Positions 1 to 7,511 of a stretch of DNA of 11,350 bases are shown in pieces. Within the stretch, counting starts at the first letter, position 1, and each line of letters opens with the position of its first letter. The stretch is from contig DXJL01000203.1 in assembly GCA_019057635.1 (NCBI GenBank), positions 1 through 11,350 on the forward strand. Direction: 5' to 3'. The translations under genes were made by a program, and so were the position numbers. This stretch comes from Candidatus Heimdallarchaeota archaeon. GTDB taxonomy: Archaea; Asgardarchaeota; Heimdallarchaeia; Hodarchaeales; Hodarchaeaceae. Under the pieces are notes generated by a model that worked only from the letters and a program-made list of their open reading frames with translations, was not told where the DNA came from and did not search any database.

Positions 1-87
1 AAGATGACTGTTTATCCAAATGATACGATCGCAGAAATGGGAATCAAGGATGAATACCCTCTGGTTGTACCACTTCCATCCAAGTAA
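1..87 (+). CDS. 3' end of an unknown protein truncated by the window edge (...KMTVYPNDTIAEMGIKDEYPLVVPLPSK*)
   Basis: Frame +1 is open from base 1 to TAA at 85-87 with protein-like composition. It converges on the CoA-transferase gene and is followed by a T-run at 139-145. Confidence 0.6.
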   Translation, partial: KMTVYPNDTIAEMGIKDEYPLVVPLPSK

Positions 88-143
88 AAATAGATGGAAT
101 AATCAGATACAATAAGTCAGCTAGAAGGATAGGATCAATTTTT

Positions 144-1292
144 TTATTCAGAATTATTCGTTCCTATTACTCCTTTTTTCATGAACCGTTCTATGTCTTC
201 ATTCATTCCGATTTCTTCTAAGATCTCTCTAGTATGTTCCCCTAAGCTAGGAGCAACTTGATAATCGCGTGATATTTTAGGATTAAGATATGGAGAAGAA
301 ATTAATTTAATTGCTCCCAATTCAGGATGATTTACCTCCGTCAATCTGTCTTTCTTTCGGAAAATAGGATCTAAAGTAAGAACCTCTCCTCCTGGAATAT
401 CAAATTTAACAAATAGGTTAGTCCACTCATCTGTTGTACGCAAGGAAAAGATTTTGGGGAGTTCCACCTCACATAATTCTAAATTATGTTGTTTGTCAAT
501 TAGATCAGAACGATCTACGGCATTACAAAAATTCTTCCAGAATTTACTTTCAATTGGAGCAAATGAAATGAATTTCTGATCCTTTGCTTGGTAAACACCA
601 TACCAAGGGATATAGCCTGAGAGAGCGTGCAAAGTTCTCTCAGGTTCTCCTAAACCTGCTATATATTCTGCCGCAACAACTGATAGCCATGGAAGAAGAT
701 GCTCAACCATTGAAATGTCAAAATATTGAGGTTCATCTTTCCGTTGGAGTAAGGCCCCTAAAACTGTGATCACGGTCGGTAAGCTTCCTCCACCTATATC
801 AGCAATGGGAACACCAGGGACAACAGGATAATTTTTTGGTCCTGTCAGATTCAAAATTCCAGCTTCCCCAATATAGTTCAAATCATGGCCTACTCGGTTA
901 TCTGTAGACCCATATCCAGTTAATTGGCAATATATTAATTTTGGGTTAATTTTGGAGAGGGCAGAATATTCTATTTTTAATTTTTTTACAGTTGAGGGTC
1001 TGAATCCGATTATCACAACATCACACGTTTCCACTAACTTGTAGAAGATTTCTAAACCCTCCTTTTGTTTTAAATCTAGGGTTATTGACCGTTTATTTCG
1101 ATTTAATAACAAATTTAATTGAGATTCGTGATCAACAAATGGTGGATAATGTCGAATTGGATCCCCAATTAAAGATTCAACTTTAATGACATCTGCACCA
1201 AAATCGCCTAAGATTTGTGAAGCTAGTGGCCCAGGAAGGTTAGTAGTTAAATCTAATATTCTAATTTCGTCGAGTACAGATCGTAGTGGCAT
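144..1292 (-). CDS. CaiB/BaiF family III CoA-transferase, alpha-methylacyl-CoA racemase-like
   Basis: 382 aa with family motifs RILDLT..LPGP, LGDFGADVIKVE, NRNKRSITLDLK, GFRP, INPKLIYCQLTGYG, GHDLNY, IADIGGG and APSLGEHTREILEEIG. Confidence 0.93.
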   Translation of the reverse strand: MPLRSVLDEIRILDLTTNLPGPLASQILGDFGADVIKVESLIGDPIRHYPPFVDHESQLNLLLNRNKRSITLDLKQKEGLEIFYKLVETCDVVIIGFRPSTVKKLKIEYSALSKINPKLIYCQLTGYGSTDNRVGHDLNYIGEAGILNLTGPKNYPVVPGVPIADIGGGSLPTVITVLGALLQRKDEPQYFDISMVEHLLPWLSVVAAEYIAGLGEPERTLHALSGYIPWYGVYQAKDQKFISFAPIESKFWKNFCNAVDRSDLIDKQHNLELCEVELPKIFSLRTTDEWTNLFVKFDIPGGEVLTLDPIFRKKDRLTEVNHPELGAIKLISSPYLNPKISRDYQVAPSLGEHTREILEEIGMNEDIERFMKKGVIGTNNSE

Positions 1293-1311
1293 ACCGAATT
1301 AAAGATAACCT

Positions 1312-1335
1312 TGATTATATTTTTTTTTATTTTTT
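1312..1335 (-). promoter_or_regulatory. Putative BRE/TATA promoter of the CoA-transferase gene (probably leaderless or short leader)
   Basis: The minus strand reads an A-rich tract then ATATAAT (1320-1314), about 22-28 nt upstream of the ATG at 1292. Confidence 0.4.
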
Positions 1336-1391
1336 GAACAATACTCATTTGATATTGTCTGGAATTTAAAATATCAAACGTGAAGAATTAG

Positions 1392-1435
1392 AAATAAAAA
1401 AAAAAAAAAAAGATAGGAAAAAAAGAGAAGGAAGG
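1392..1435 (-). terminator. Archaeal oligo-U terminator downstream of the substrate-binding protein gene
   Basis: After the stop at 1441 the minus strand is pyrimidine-rich, with U7 (1424-1418) and U16 (1411-1396). Confidence 0.7.
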
Positions 1436-1440
1436 ATTGT

Positions 1441-3318
1441 TTACTTCCGTTTTCTTCTAATTATGGGGATAGAAATGAATATCGCCAACAAGAAGGTTGC
1501 AATTTCAAATCCAGGGGTTCCATCGTCTTCTGTGGTTGTGGTTGTGGTAGTTTCGGTTGTAGTAGTTACTTTGTAGTAACCTGGTACTTCACGAACGCCA
1601 TCATCATCGGTGTCGATGTATCCTGCATTTTCTAGCATCAGTTTAGCTTTCGCTACATCCAGATCGTAATGTTCAATGTTTGGATTATTATATCCAGCAA
1701 AGAATACAGAAGGAATAACGGAATCAGTGACTGTTGCATAGTCACCAAAAGCAAATTGTGCAATGGCTTGTGGATCTATTGCATAGGCGATTGCTTTTCG
1801 TACGATTGGATCATCTAGAGGTTTCACTGCAAAGTTAAGTTGCATATAATAGTCCCATTGAGAAACTGCTTCATTAACACACTTGATATTCGGATAGGTA
1901 TTACCTGGACCGACAGCATCGATTAATTCAGTAGACATGGTTTCATATCTCTCTGAATCATAGAGACCAGTATTCATTCCCAAGATTCGATTCATCTCGG
2001 TTCCTTCAACTTCGATTGTGAAATTCTCGATTTTGGGGTATACTCCGGCAGCTATGGGGTTGCTACTTGAGTATTGTGGCATTCCTGCTCCACCAGTGTA
2101 CCAATAACTGTCATATTTTTCGAAAATGTGGAAACCAGATGAACCTCGTAAGCCATACATATAAACGAATGGACCTGTACCGACATGAGCATCCCAGTCT
2201 GCGGGGTCTTGCCATCGAGCGTCTGTAATGTTAGCACCTGCCCAAATGTGTTCAGGCAGAATACTTATGGAACCTATGTCATCAACAGCCCAAGCGTAGG
2301 GTTCCGTCAAATTGATCATGATAGTTTGACCATCAATCGCAACTGTATCAATTTTCTCGACACTTGAATAGGATGGAGTTAGAGTTCCATTTGCTACTGT
2401 AAAGTCTAGAGTAAATTTGACATCATCGGGATTTAAAGCTTCACCATCGTGCCATGTAACACCAGTTCGTAATGTGAAATTGAGGTGCATTCCATCAGCT
2501 GATTGGCTCCAGCTCTCTGCTAACCAAGGAACCTTTTGGAGGGACTCATTATAAGCAATGAGGTTATCATAATGCAGATTTGCTGCAAAGCCAGAACGTG
2601 CATCTGTGTAAAGGAAGGGATTCAGATGGGTCACATCACTGGGATAAGCCATGTCGAATTTTGTGTCACCACTCATATTCATAATGCTCCATGGGTTGAA
2701 ACCAGTAAATATTCCTCCAGGCATTGGTGAATAGCCAACCCATTCTTGTCTAATGAAGTGAGCATCGTTTGTCAAGAAGAGTGGAATATAAGGTAATAAA
2801 TCGGCCATTAAGACCTGTGCTTCGAATAAAGCTGCTTTCAGCTCGATTGGATTTGTAGCACTTTGACTGTCTTCTAATACAGCATCAAGAGTATCATTGA
2901 ACATAAATGCAAGGTTATCACCCCAAGGATAATCTTGAGAAGAATGGCCTCGGAAATAAACATGATTGGGGATCGGTGAATAACCACCTGCCATTTCATA
3001 CATTTCATAATCTCGATAATCGTTTACTACTGCACCTGCGGGACCATCAAGACGTCCCTTTTCATAAATCTGTGGATAGAATACAGAATCATCTAATTGA
3101 GTGACGATTACTTCCACTCCTATTTCTGCACACGCTTCCTTTATTCCTAAACCAGCATCTACGGAGATCGTATCCCAGTCTAATACTAAGAGCTCAAAAG
3201 AAAGCTCTTCTTTTTGGGGTTGTTGAGAAACTGAACCCATAACTGGAGAGGAGAGACTAGTTATGAAAAGGATAACGAATGCTAATCCTATTAAAGAGAA
3301 AGTTGTACTTTTTTTCAT
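1441..3318 (-). CDS. ABC transporter substrate-binding protein, family 5 (OppA/DppA-like), circularly permuted, with Thr-rich linker and PGF-CTERM-like anchor
   Basis: N-terminal signal peptide; motifs LNPF, PWLAESW, FTLRTGVTWHDG..DDVKFT, VGTGPF, PLDDPIVRKAIAYAID and AKAKLMLENAGY; C-terminus TTTTETTTTTTTEDDGTPGFE + hydrophobic segment + RRKRK; AGGTGA Shine-Dalgarno at 3330-3325. Confidence 0.93.
   Translation of the reverse strand: MKKSTTFSLIGLAFVILFITSLSSPVMGSVSQQPQKEELSFELLVLDWDTISVDAGLGIKEACAEIGVEVIVTQLDDSVFYPQIYEKGRLDGPAGAVVNDYRDYEMYEMAGGYSPIPNHVYFRGHSSQDYPWGDNLAFMFNDTLDAVLEDSQSATNPIELKAALFEAQVLMADLLPYIPLFLTNDAHFIRQEWVGYSPMPGGIFTGFNPWSIMNMSGDTKFDMAYPSDVTHLNPFLYTDARSGFAANLHYDNLIAYNESLQKVPWLAESWSQSADGMHLNFTLRTGVTWHDGEALNPDDVKFTLDFTVANGTLTPSYSSVEKIDTVAIDGQTIMINLTEPYAWAVDDIGSISILPEHIWAGANITDARWQDPADWDAHVGTGPFVYMYGLRGSSGFHIFEKYDSYWYTGGAGMPQYSSSNPIAAGVYPKIENFTIEVEGTEMNRILGMNTGLYDSERYETMSTELIDAVGPGNTYPNIKCVNEAVSQWDYYMQLNFAVKPLDDPIVRKAIAYAIDPQAIAQFAFGDYATVTDSVIPSVFFAGYNNPNIEHYDLDVAKAKLMLENAGYIDTDDDGVREVPGYYKVTTTTETTTTTTTEDDGTPGFEIATFLLAIFISIPIIRRKRK
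1531..1566 (-). repeat. Low-complexity ACN-codon repeat encoding a poly-Thr linker
   Basis: ACT ACT ACA ACC GAA ACT ACC ACA ACC ACA ACC ACA encodes TTTTETTTTTTT. Confidence 0.8.
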
Positions 3319-3324
3319 TCTTTT

Positions 3325-3330
3325 TCACCT
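3325..3330 (-). promoter_or_regulatory. Shine-Dalgarno site (AGGTGA) of the substrate-binding protein gene
   Basis: AGGTGA lies 6 nt upstream of the ATG at 3318. Confidence 0.8.
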
Positions 3331-3495
3331 ATTGGTAAAAGCTAACACGCGTAATCTGAGAAAAATTCCTTCTAATATAAAATGTAAAATTTTACTTGGA
3401 ACTTAGCCAGATTTCGAACACCGTAATTTTGTTTAATAAGCTTTCTTTCTACGCAAATCTTGGTGAAGAATATTCGTATAGAATAAGTAAATGGT

Positions 3496-3536
3496 AAAAA
3501 AAAAGAATTTTTATCATTTAATATATGTAAAAAGGA
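3496..3536 (-). terminator. Putative oligo-U terminator after the permease-ATPase-accessory genes
   Basis: The minus strand has U5 (near 3533-3529) and U9 (3504-3496) tracts just downstream of the stop at 3549. Confidence 0.5.
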
Positions 3537-3548
3537 TAAATTTCACGA

Positions 3549-4619
3549 TTAGTCACAGCTAACGTAGCTTGCACCATATCGTGCTTCGAGCTCTGCTGCT
3601 TTCTTGGCACGTCTCACATGCTTTTTCCAGGAATAAATTGTGATAGCTATCGCTAAGATGGTAAAAAAGAGGATGTAAAGCGGCCACGCAAAGAAGACTA
3701 GTGGATTGTCATATTGATAGGGATTGTAGAGATCAAACGTTTGGACTTTTACGCTGTACTCTTTTGTGTCAAAAAAGTCTGAACTGATGAACAGATAAAC
3801 TCTGGAATGATCCGTGGCTGCAGGCGTAATACACAGAACATTGATTTCGAATAGAATATGACTATTTCCTGGAAAGAGATTCAGGGAGGGGAAAGAGTCT
3901 GATGATAAAGAAACATTTTCTATCATTTTTCCACTAATATTTCCACGTAATACCGTTGAAGTAAGTTCAAGTACATTTTCATCTACCTCTACTCGGAATG
4001 TTAAATTCCTTAAGGCGGCTACTCCTTCGTTAGATATGTTATAAGTTAATGTTTGCTCCTGATTATTGAGGAGTGAAATCCGTGGAACCACAAAGCCTTC
4101 AATTTCAAGTGGGCTGCTATCTACCTTGAGGATTGGAAATTGAACCGTCATCGATCCTATCCCGTATTGTAATGTATATACCTGCCCTTCCACCAGAGTG
4201 TCTATATCTAATCGGACTCCATCTTTGTGTAAATATACTTTATACAAAACTATTGGGTTGGTTAGAAAAGTTTGAGATCCTGTTATAATGAAACTAGTAT
4301 TTTTCTCTTCTAGCTGATTGAAATCTCCAAGATCATGAACAGCTACTTCTTCCTCCGCAAAGAAGAGACCTTTTTCTAAGGTTATATTAATAGACAGATT
4401 CTGATGATTTAAATTTGATATTTCTCTTACTTCAATGGTAATATTAACTTCCTCCCAGTATTCCATTTCGCTTGGCGTTATTATTTGTAGAAAGAAATCT
4501 GCCCCAGCCTGCGAGGATTGGGGGATATTCATCTGACCATCTATGGCATGAAAATTAAATATCATTCCGAGAAATAAACATACTAGAATAACATGTTTAA
4601 CCTTCTTATTGAATTTCAT
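3549..4619 (-). CDS. Uncharacterised type I membrane surface protein with two putative Ig-like (DUF11/CARDB-like) beta-sandwich domains
   Basis: Start moved from 4634 to the ATG at 4619, which forms a TAATG overlap with the upstream ATPase stop and begins a signal peptide (MKFNKKVKHVILVCLFLGMIF...). Beta-strand patterned ectodomain (VNITIEV, LTYNISNEGVAALRNLTFRV), C-terminal TM helix (PLVFFAWPLYILFFTILAIAITIYSW) and basic tail. The domain assignment is by eye. Confidence 0.8.
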   Translation of the reverse strand: MKFNKKVKHVILVCLFLGMIFNFHAIDGQMNIPQSSQAGADFFLQIITPSEMEYWEEVNITIEVREISNLNHQNLSINITLEKGLFFAEEEVAVHDLGDFNQLEEKNTSFIITGSQTFLTNPIVLYKVYLHKDGVRLDIDTLVEGQVYTLQYGIGSMTVQFPILKVDSSPLEIEGFVVPRISLLNNQEQTLTYNISNEGVAALRNLTFRVEVDENVLELTSTVLRGNISGKMIENVSLSSDSFPSLNLFPGNSHILFEINVLCITPAATDHSRVYLFISSDFFDTKEYSVKVQTFDLYNPYQYDNPLVFFAWPLYILFFTILAIAITIYSWKKHVRRAKKAAELEARYGASYVSCD

Positions 4620-5605
4620 TAATCTAACCAACATGCTGAGTACCTTCCATCTTTCATCATGAGCTCTGGTTCTTCTTCAATACATTTTTCAAATTGAAAG
4701 GGGCAACGAGGAGCAAATCTGCATCCTGGAGGTAAATTAATTGCAGTGGGGATTTCCCCCTCAATTTCTATCCTTTCTCGTTTAGCATCAGGATCTGGTA
4801 CAGGGATGTTTGAAATCAAAGCTTTTGAATATGGGTGGTGCGGGTTTTGTATAACTTGGTCAATGTTTCCCTTTTCCACAATTTTTCCCAAGTATAAAAT
4901 TATGATGCGATGCCCCAAATATCTAGCTTGGGCTAAATCATGCGTAATGAACAAAATACCCATATTGTAGGCTGCTTGTAAATCTTGAAGCAGATTTAAA
5001 ATTTCTATCCTTGTATTTGCGTCAAGCATGCTAGCAGGTTCGTCAGCAATAATAAATTCTGGGCCCAATACTAACGCACGAGCAATAGATACTCTTTGTC
5101 GTTGGCCGCCTGATAATTCATGAGGGAACCTTATACTGAATTCTGAGACAGGAATCAATCCCACGTCTTCCAATGCTTTAGCTACTCGTTTATGAGTTTC
5201 CGATTTTGGAAAAACATTTGTAACTTGCAGAGGTTCTGAAATCACATCATAGATGGTCATTCTTGGATCCAAAGATTCATAGGGATTCTGAAAAATCATT
5301 TGCATGTGTCTGCGTAATTTTCGTATCTTCCGTTCTTTTGCTTTTGCTATGTCTTTTCCCTTGTAAATGATTTCTCCACCAGTTGGATCTTCCAATCTAA
5401 GTAATAATCTCGCAGCAGTAGTTTTTCCTGACCCACTTTCACCGACTAGACAGACTACCTCACCCTGCTTTATTTCAAAAGAAATATCATCGACAGCTCT
5501 TACATATTCTCGTCTTCCACGAATTCCGTCTAGCAAACCAGTTCGTGTCGGAAACCATTTTCTGAGATCCTTGATTGTAAATAGAATTTTTGTAGTAGAA
5601 CTCAT
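4619..5605 (-). CDS. oppF: Oligopeptide/dipeptide ABC transporter ATP-binding subunit (OppF/DppF-like)
   Basis: Walker A GESGSGKT, signature LSGGQRQR, Walker B IIADEP, FITHDL, HPY and Cys motif CRFAPRC..C..C. Start placed at the ATG at 5605 (ATGA overlap with the oppD stop, GGAG upstream) rather than 5632. Confidence 0.93.
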   Translation of the reverse strand: MSSTTKILFTIKDLRKWFPTRTGLLDGIRGRREYVRAVDDISFEIKQGEVVCLVGESGSGKTTAARLLLRLEDPTGGEIIYKGKDIAKAKERKIRKLRRHMQMIFQNPYESLDPRMTIYDVISEPLQVTNVFPKSETHKRVAKALEDVGLIPVSEFSIRFPHELSGGQRQRVSIARALVLGPEFIIADEPASMLDANTRIEILNLLQDLQAAYNMGILFITHDLAQARYLGHRIIILYLGKIVEKGNIDQVIQNPHHPYSKALISNIPVPDPDAKRERIEIEGEIPTAINLPPGCRFAPRCPFQFEKCIEEEPELMMKDGRYSACWLD

Positions 5606-6588
5606 AAAATCGTCTCTCCTGCATGAAAACATGCAACGTGATGTCTAGATGAAGAAAAAGACTCAAATGGAGGGATATCTTCCCTACATTCTTTTGATGC
5701 CAATGGACACCGAGGATGAAAACGACAACCTGGTGGTGGATTTGCTAAATCGGGGGGAATTCCAGATATCGGTTCAATGCGTTTGCACTCACCCAATATA
5801 CTTGGGAATGATCGAATTAACATTCTTGTGTAGGGATGAGCACCTTTATGGAATACCGTAGAAGCATCTCCGACTTCAACCATCTTTCCAGCATACATGA
5901 TTGCAACATCATCACATGACTCAGCAATTACACTTAAATCATGGGTTATAAACATGATTCCAAGATTATAATTGGATTGAATTTCTTTTAAAAGCTTTAG
6001 AATCTTTTTTTCCACAATTACATCTAATGCAGTAACAGGTTCGTCTGCTATAAGCAGCTTTGGATCACAAGCCATTGCCATAGCTATTATTGCTCTTTGT
6101 TTCATGCCACCAGAAAATTCATGGGGATAGTTTTTAATTCGGTCGGGATCCAATCCAACGATTTCAAATGATTCTTTGACTTTTTTCCAAGCTTCCTTTT
6201 TTACTGATTTTGATTTTGAATTTTCTTTCTCAATAATTACTTCTGCGATTTGTTCTCCCACAGTCATCACAGGATTAAAAGCATTCATTGCATATTGAAA
6301 AACATAGGAAAGTTCTTTCCATTTGGCTTGCCTCATTTCTTCCTTTGATTTCTTTAGAAGATCAACACCATCTAAAAAAATCTCTCCATTTACAATTTTT
6401 CCAGCTGGAGGAAGCATTCGCATAATAGACAAGGCTGTTGTTGTCTTCCCACAACCACTTTCGCCAGCCACTCCCAGAGTTTTCCCTTGAGCAATAGTAA
6501 AACAAACATCATCAACCGCCCTCACACGTGATTCTTTCAGGAAAAAATGAGTGCTTAGATTCTTTACTTCAAGTAAAACCATAATCAT
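5602..6588 (-). CDS. oppD: Oligopeptide/dipeptide ABC transporter ATP-binding subunit (OppD/DppD-like)
   Basis: GESGCGKT, YPHEFSGGMKQR, LLIADEP, FITHDL, HPYT and PPGCRFHPRC...C...VAC. TAATG overlap with the oppC stop; an alternative ATG lies at 6582. Confidence 0.95.
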   Translation of the reverse strand: MIMVLLEVKNLSTHFFLKESRVRAVDDVCFTIAQGKTLGVAGESGCGKTTTALSIMRMLPPAGKIVNGEIFLDGVDLLKKSKEEMRQAKWKELSYVFQYAMNAFNPVMTVGEQIAEVIIEKENSKSKSVKKEAWKKVKESFEIVGLDPDRIKNYPHEFSGGMKQRAIIAMAMACDPKLLIADEPVTALDVIVEKKILKLLKEIQSNYNLGIMFITHDLSVIAESCDDVAIMYAGKMVEVGDASTVFHKGAHPYTRMLIRSFPSILGECKRIEPISGIPPDLANPPPGCRFHPRCPLASKECREDIPPFESFSSSRHHVACFHAGETIL

Positions 6589-7502
6589 TACCTTTCTCTT
6601 AATCGGGGGTTTAGAACTTCATTTAGACTGAAACTGATCAATGAAAAACCAAGCGCTAGAAGCATGATACTTATTCCAGGAGGAATAAAATGCCACCACG
6701 CCCCTAGAAGTATAGCATTTTCTCTTCCAGCCTCATAGAGAACTCTACCCCATGACCAAGATCCAACAACTCCAAAACCTAAGAAGCTCAGACCCGCTTC
6801 TGCGATTATTGAATTTACAACTCCTAAAATAGCGTTAGCAAATATTAATGGGAACACATTTGGTAAAATGTGGCTTGAAATGATATGTCTATTTCCTGCA
6901 CCTACAGATTTTGATGCTTCTACAAATGCTCTCTGTTTGATGGAAAGAGTTTCAGAACGTACGATTCTAGCTGTTCCAGTCCATCCAAGTAGACCAATTA
7001 TTAATATTAGATTTTCCATTCCTCCACCAAAGAGTGATACAACTACGAGCATCAATGGTAATGCAGGAAGCTGAATGAAAAAGTCTGTGATCCGCATAAG
7101 TATTATATCTATCCACCCTCCATAATAACCAGAGATTAACCCAAATAATGTACCAATGAATAATGAGATGAACGCTGCTGATAAGCCTATTAATAAAGAT
7201 ATTTGGGCACCGTAGATCATTTGACTAAATATATCTCTCCCCAGACGATCAGTTCCAAGAGGATGTGAGGCTGAGGGATTGTCACTGCGCTCGCCTACCA
7301 TTGTTTTATTAGGATCATAAGGAGCCAAAATAGGAGCAAATACCCCCATCGTAACAAACAGAAGAACAAGAAACATACCAATCATTCCAAAAGGACTATC
7401 TGTATATAGGTGCCAAAATCGTGTAAAACGAATTTTATACCTTTTGAAGATAGAGGGAGTTGAATACTTCCCAGAACCATTGTTTACAGTACTAATTGTC
7501 AT
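6588..7502 (-). CDS. oppC: Oligopeptide/dipeptide ABC transporter permease (OppC/DppC-like)
   Basis: APILAPYDP, HPLGTDRLGRDIFSQMIYGA, EAA-loop region FVEASKSVGA..HILPN, EAGLSFLG and LNPR; multiple TM segments. Confidence 0.95.
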   Translation of the reverse strand: MTISTVNNGSGKYSTPSIFKRYKIRFTRFWHLYTDSPFGMIGMFLVLLFVTMGVFAPILAPYDPNKTMVGERSDNPSASHPLGTDRLGRDIFSQMIYGAQISLLIGLSAAFISLFIGTLFGLISGYYGGWIDIILMRITDFFIQLPALPLMLVVVSLFGGGMENLILIIGLLGWTGTARIVRSETLSIKQRAFVEASKSVGAGNRHIISSHILPNVFPLIFANAILGVVNSIIAEAGLSFLGFGVVGSWSWGRVLYEAGRENAILLGAWWHFIPPGISIMLLALGFSLISFSLNEVLNPRLRER

Positions 7503-7511
7503 TCTTATACC

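Noticed and set aside
74-99. TTCCATC/GATGGAA inverted repeat around the stop at 87
   Set aside because: Only 7 bp and could be chance; at most part of a terminator.
584-3104. Short ORFs 584-769, 2052-2237, 2185-2367, 2536-2730 and 2907-3104
   Set aside because: All nested inside the CoA-transferase or binding-protein genes, with no recognisable motifs.
4620-4634. Longer ORF-track starts at 4634 (accessory gene) and likewise 5632 (oppF)
   Set aside because: Downstream ATGs at 4619 and 5605 give stop/start overlaps and more typical N-termini.
4630-5730. Cys-rich C-terminal motifs in both ATPases as a novelty
   Set aside because: These are the standard C-terminal extension of OppD/OppF-type ATPases.
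4746-7074. Plus-strand ORFs 4746-4970, 5367-5648, 5649-5861 and 6868-7074
   Set aside because: Antisense to conserved ABC ATPase and permease genes.
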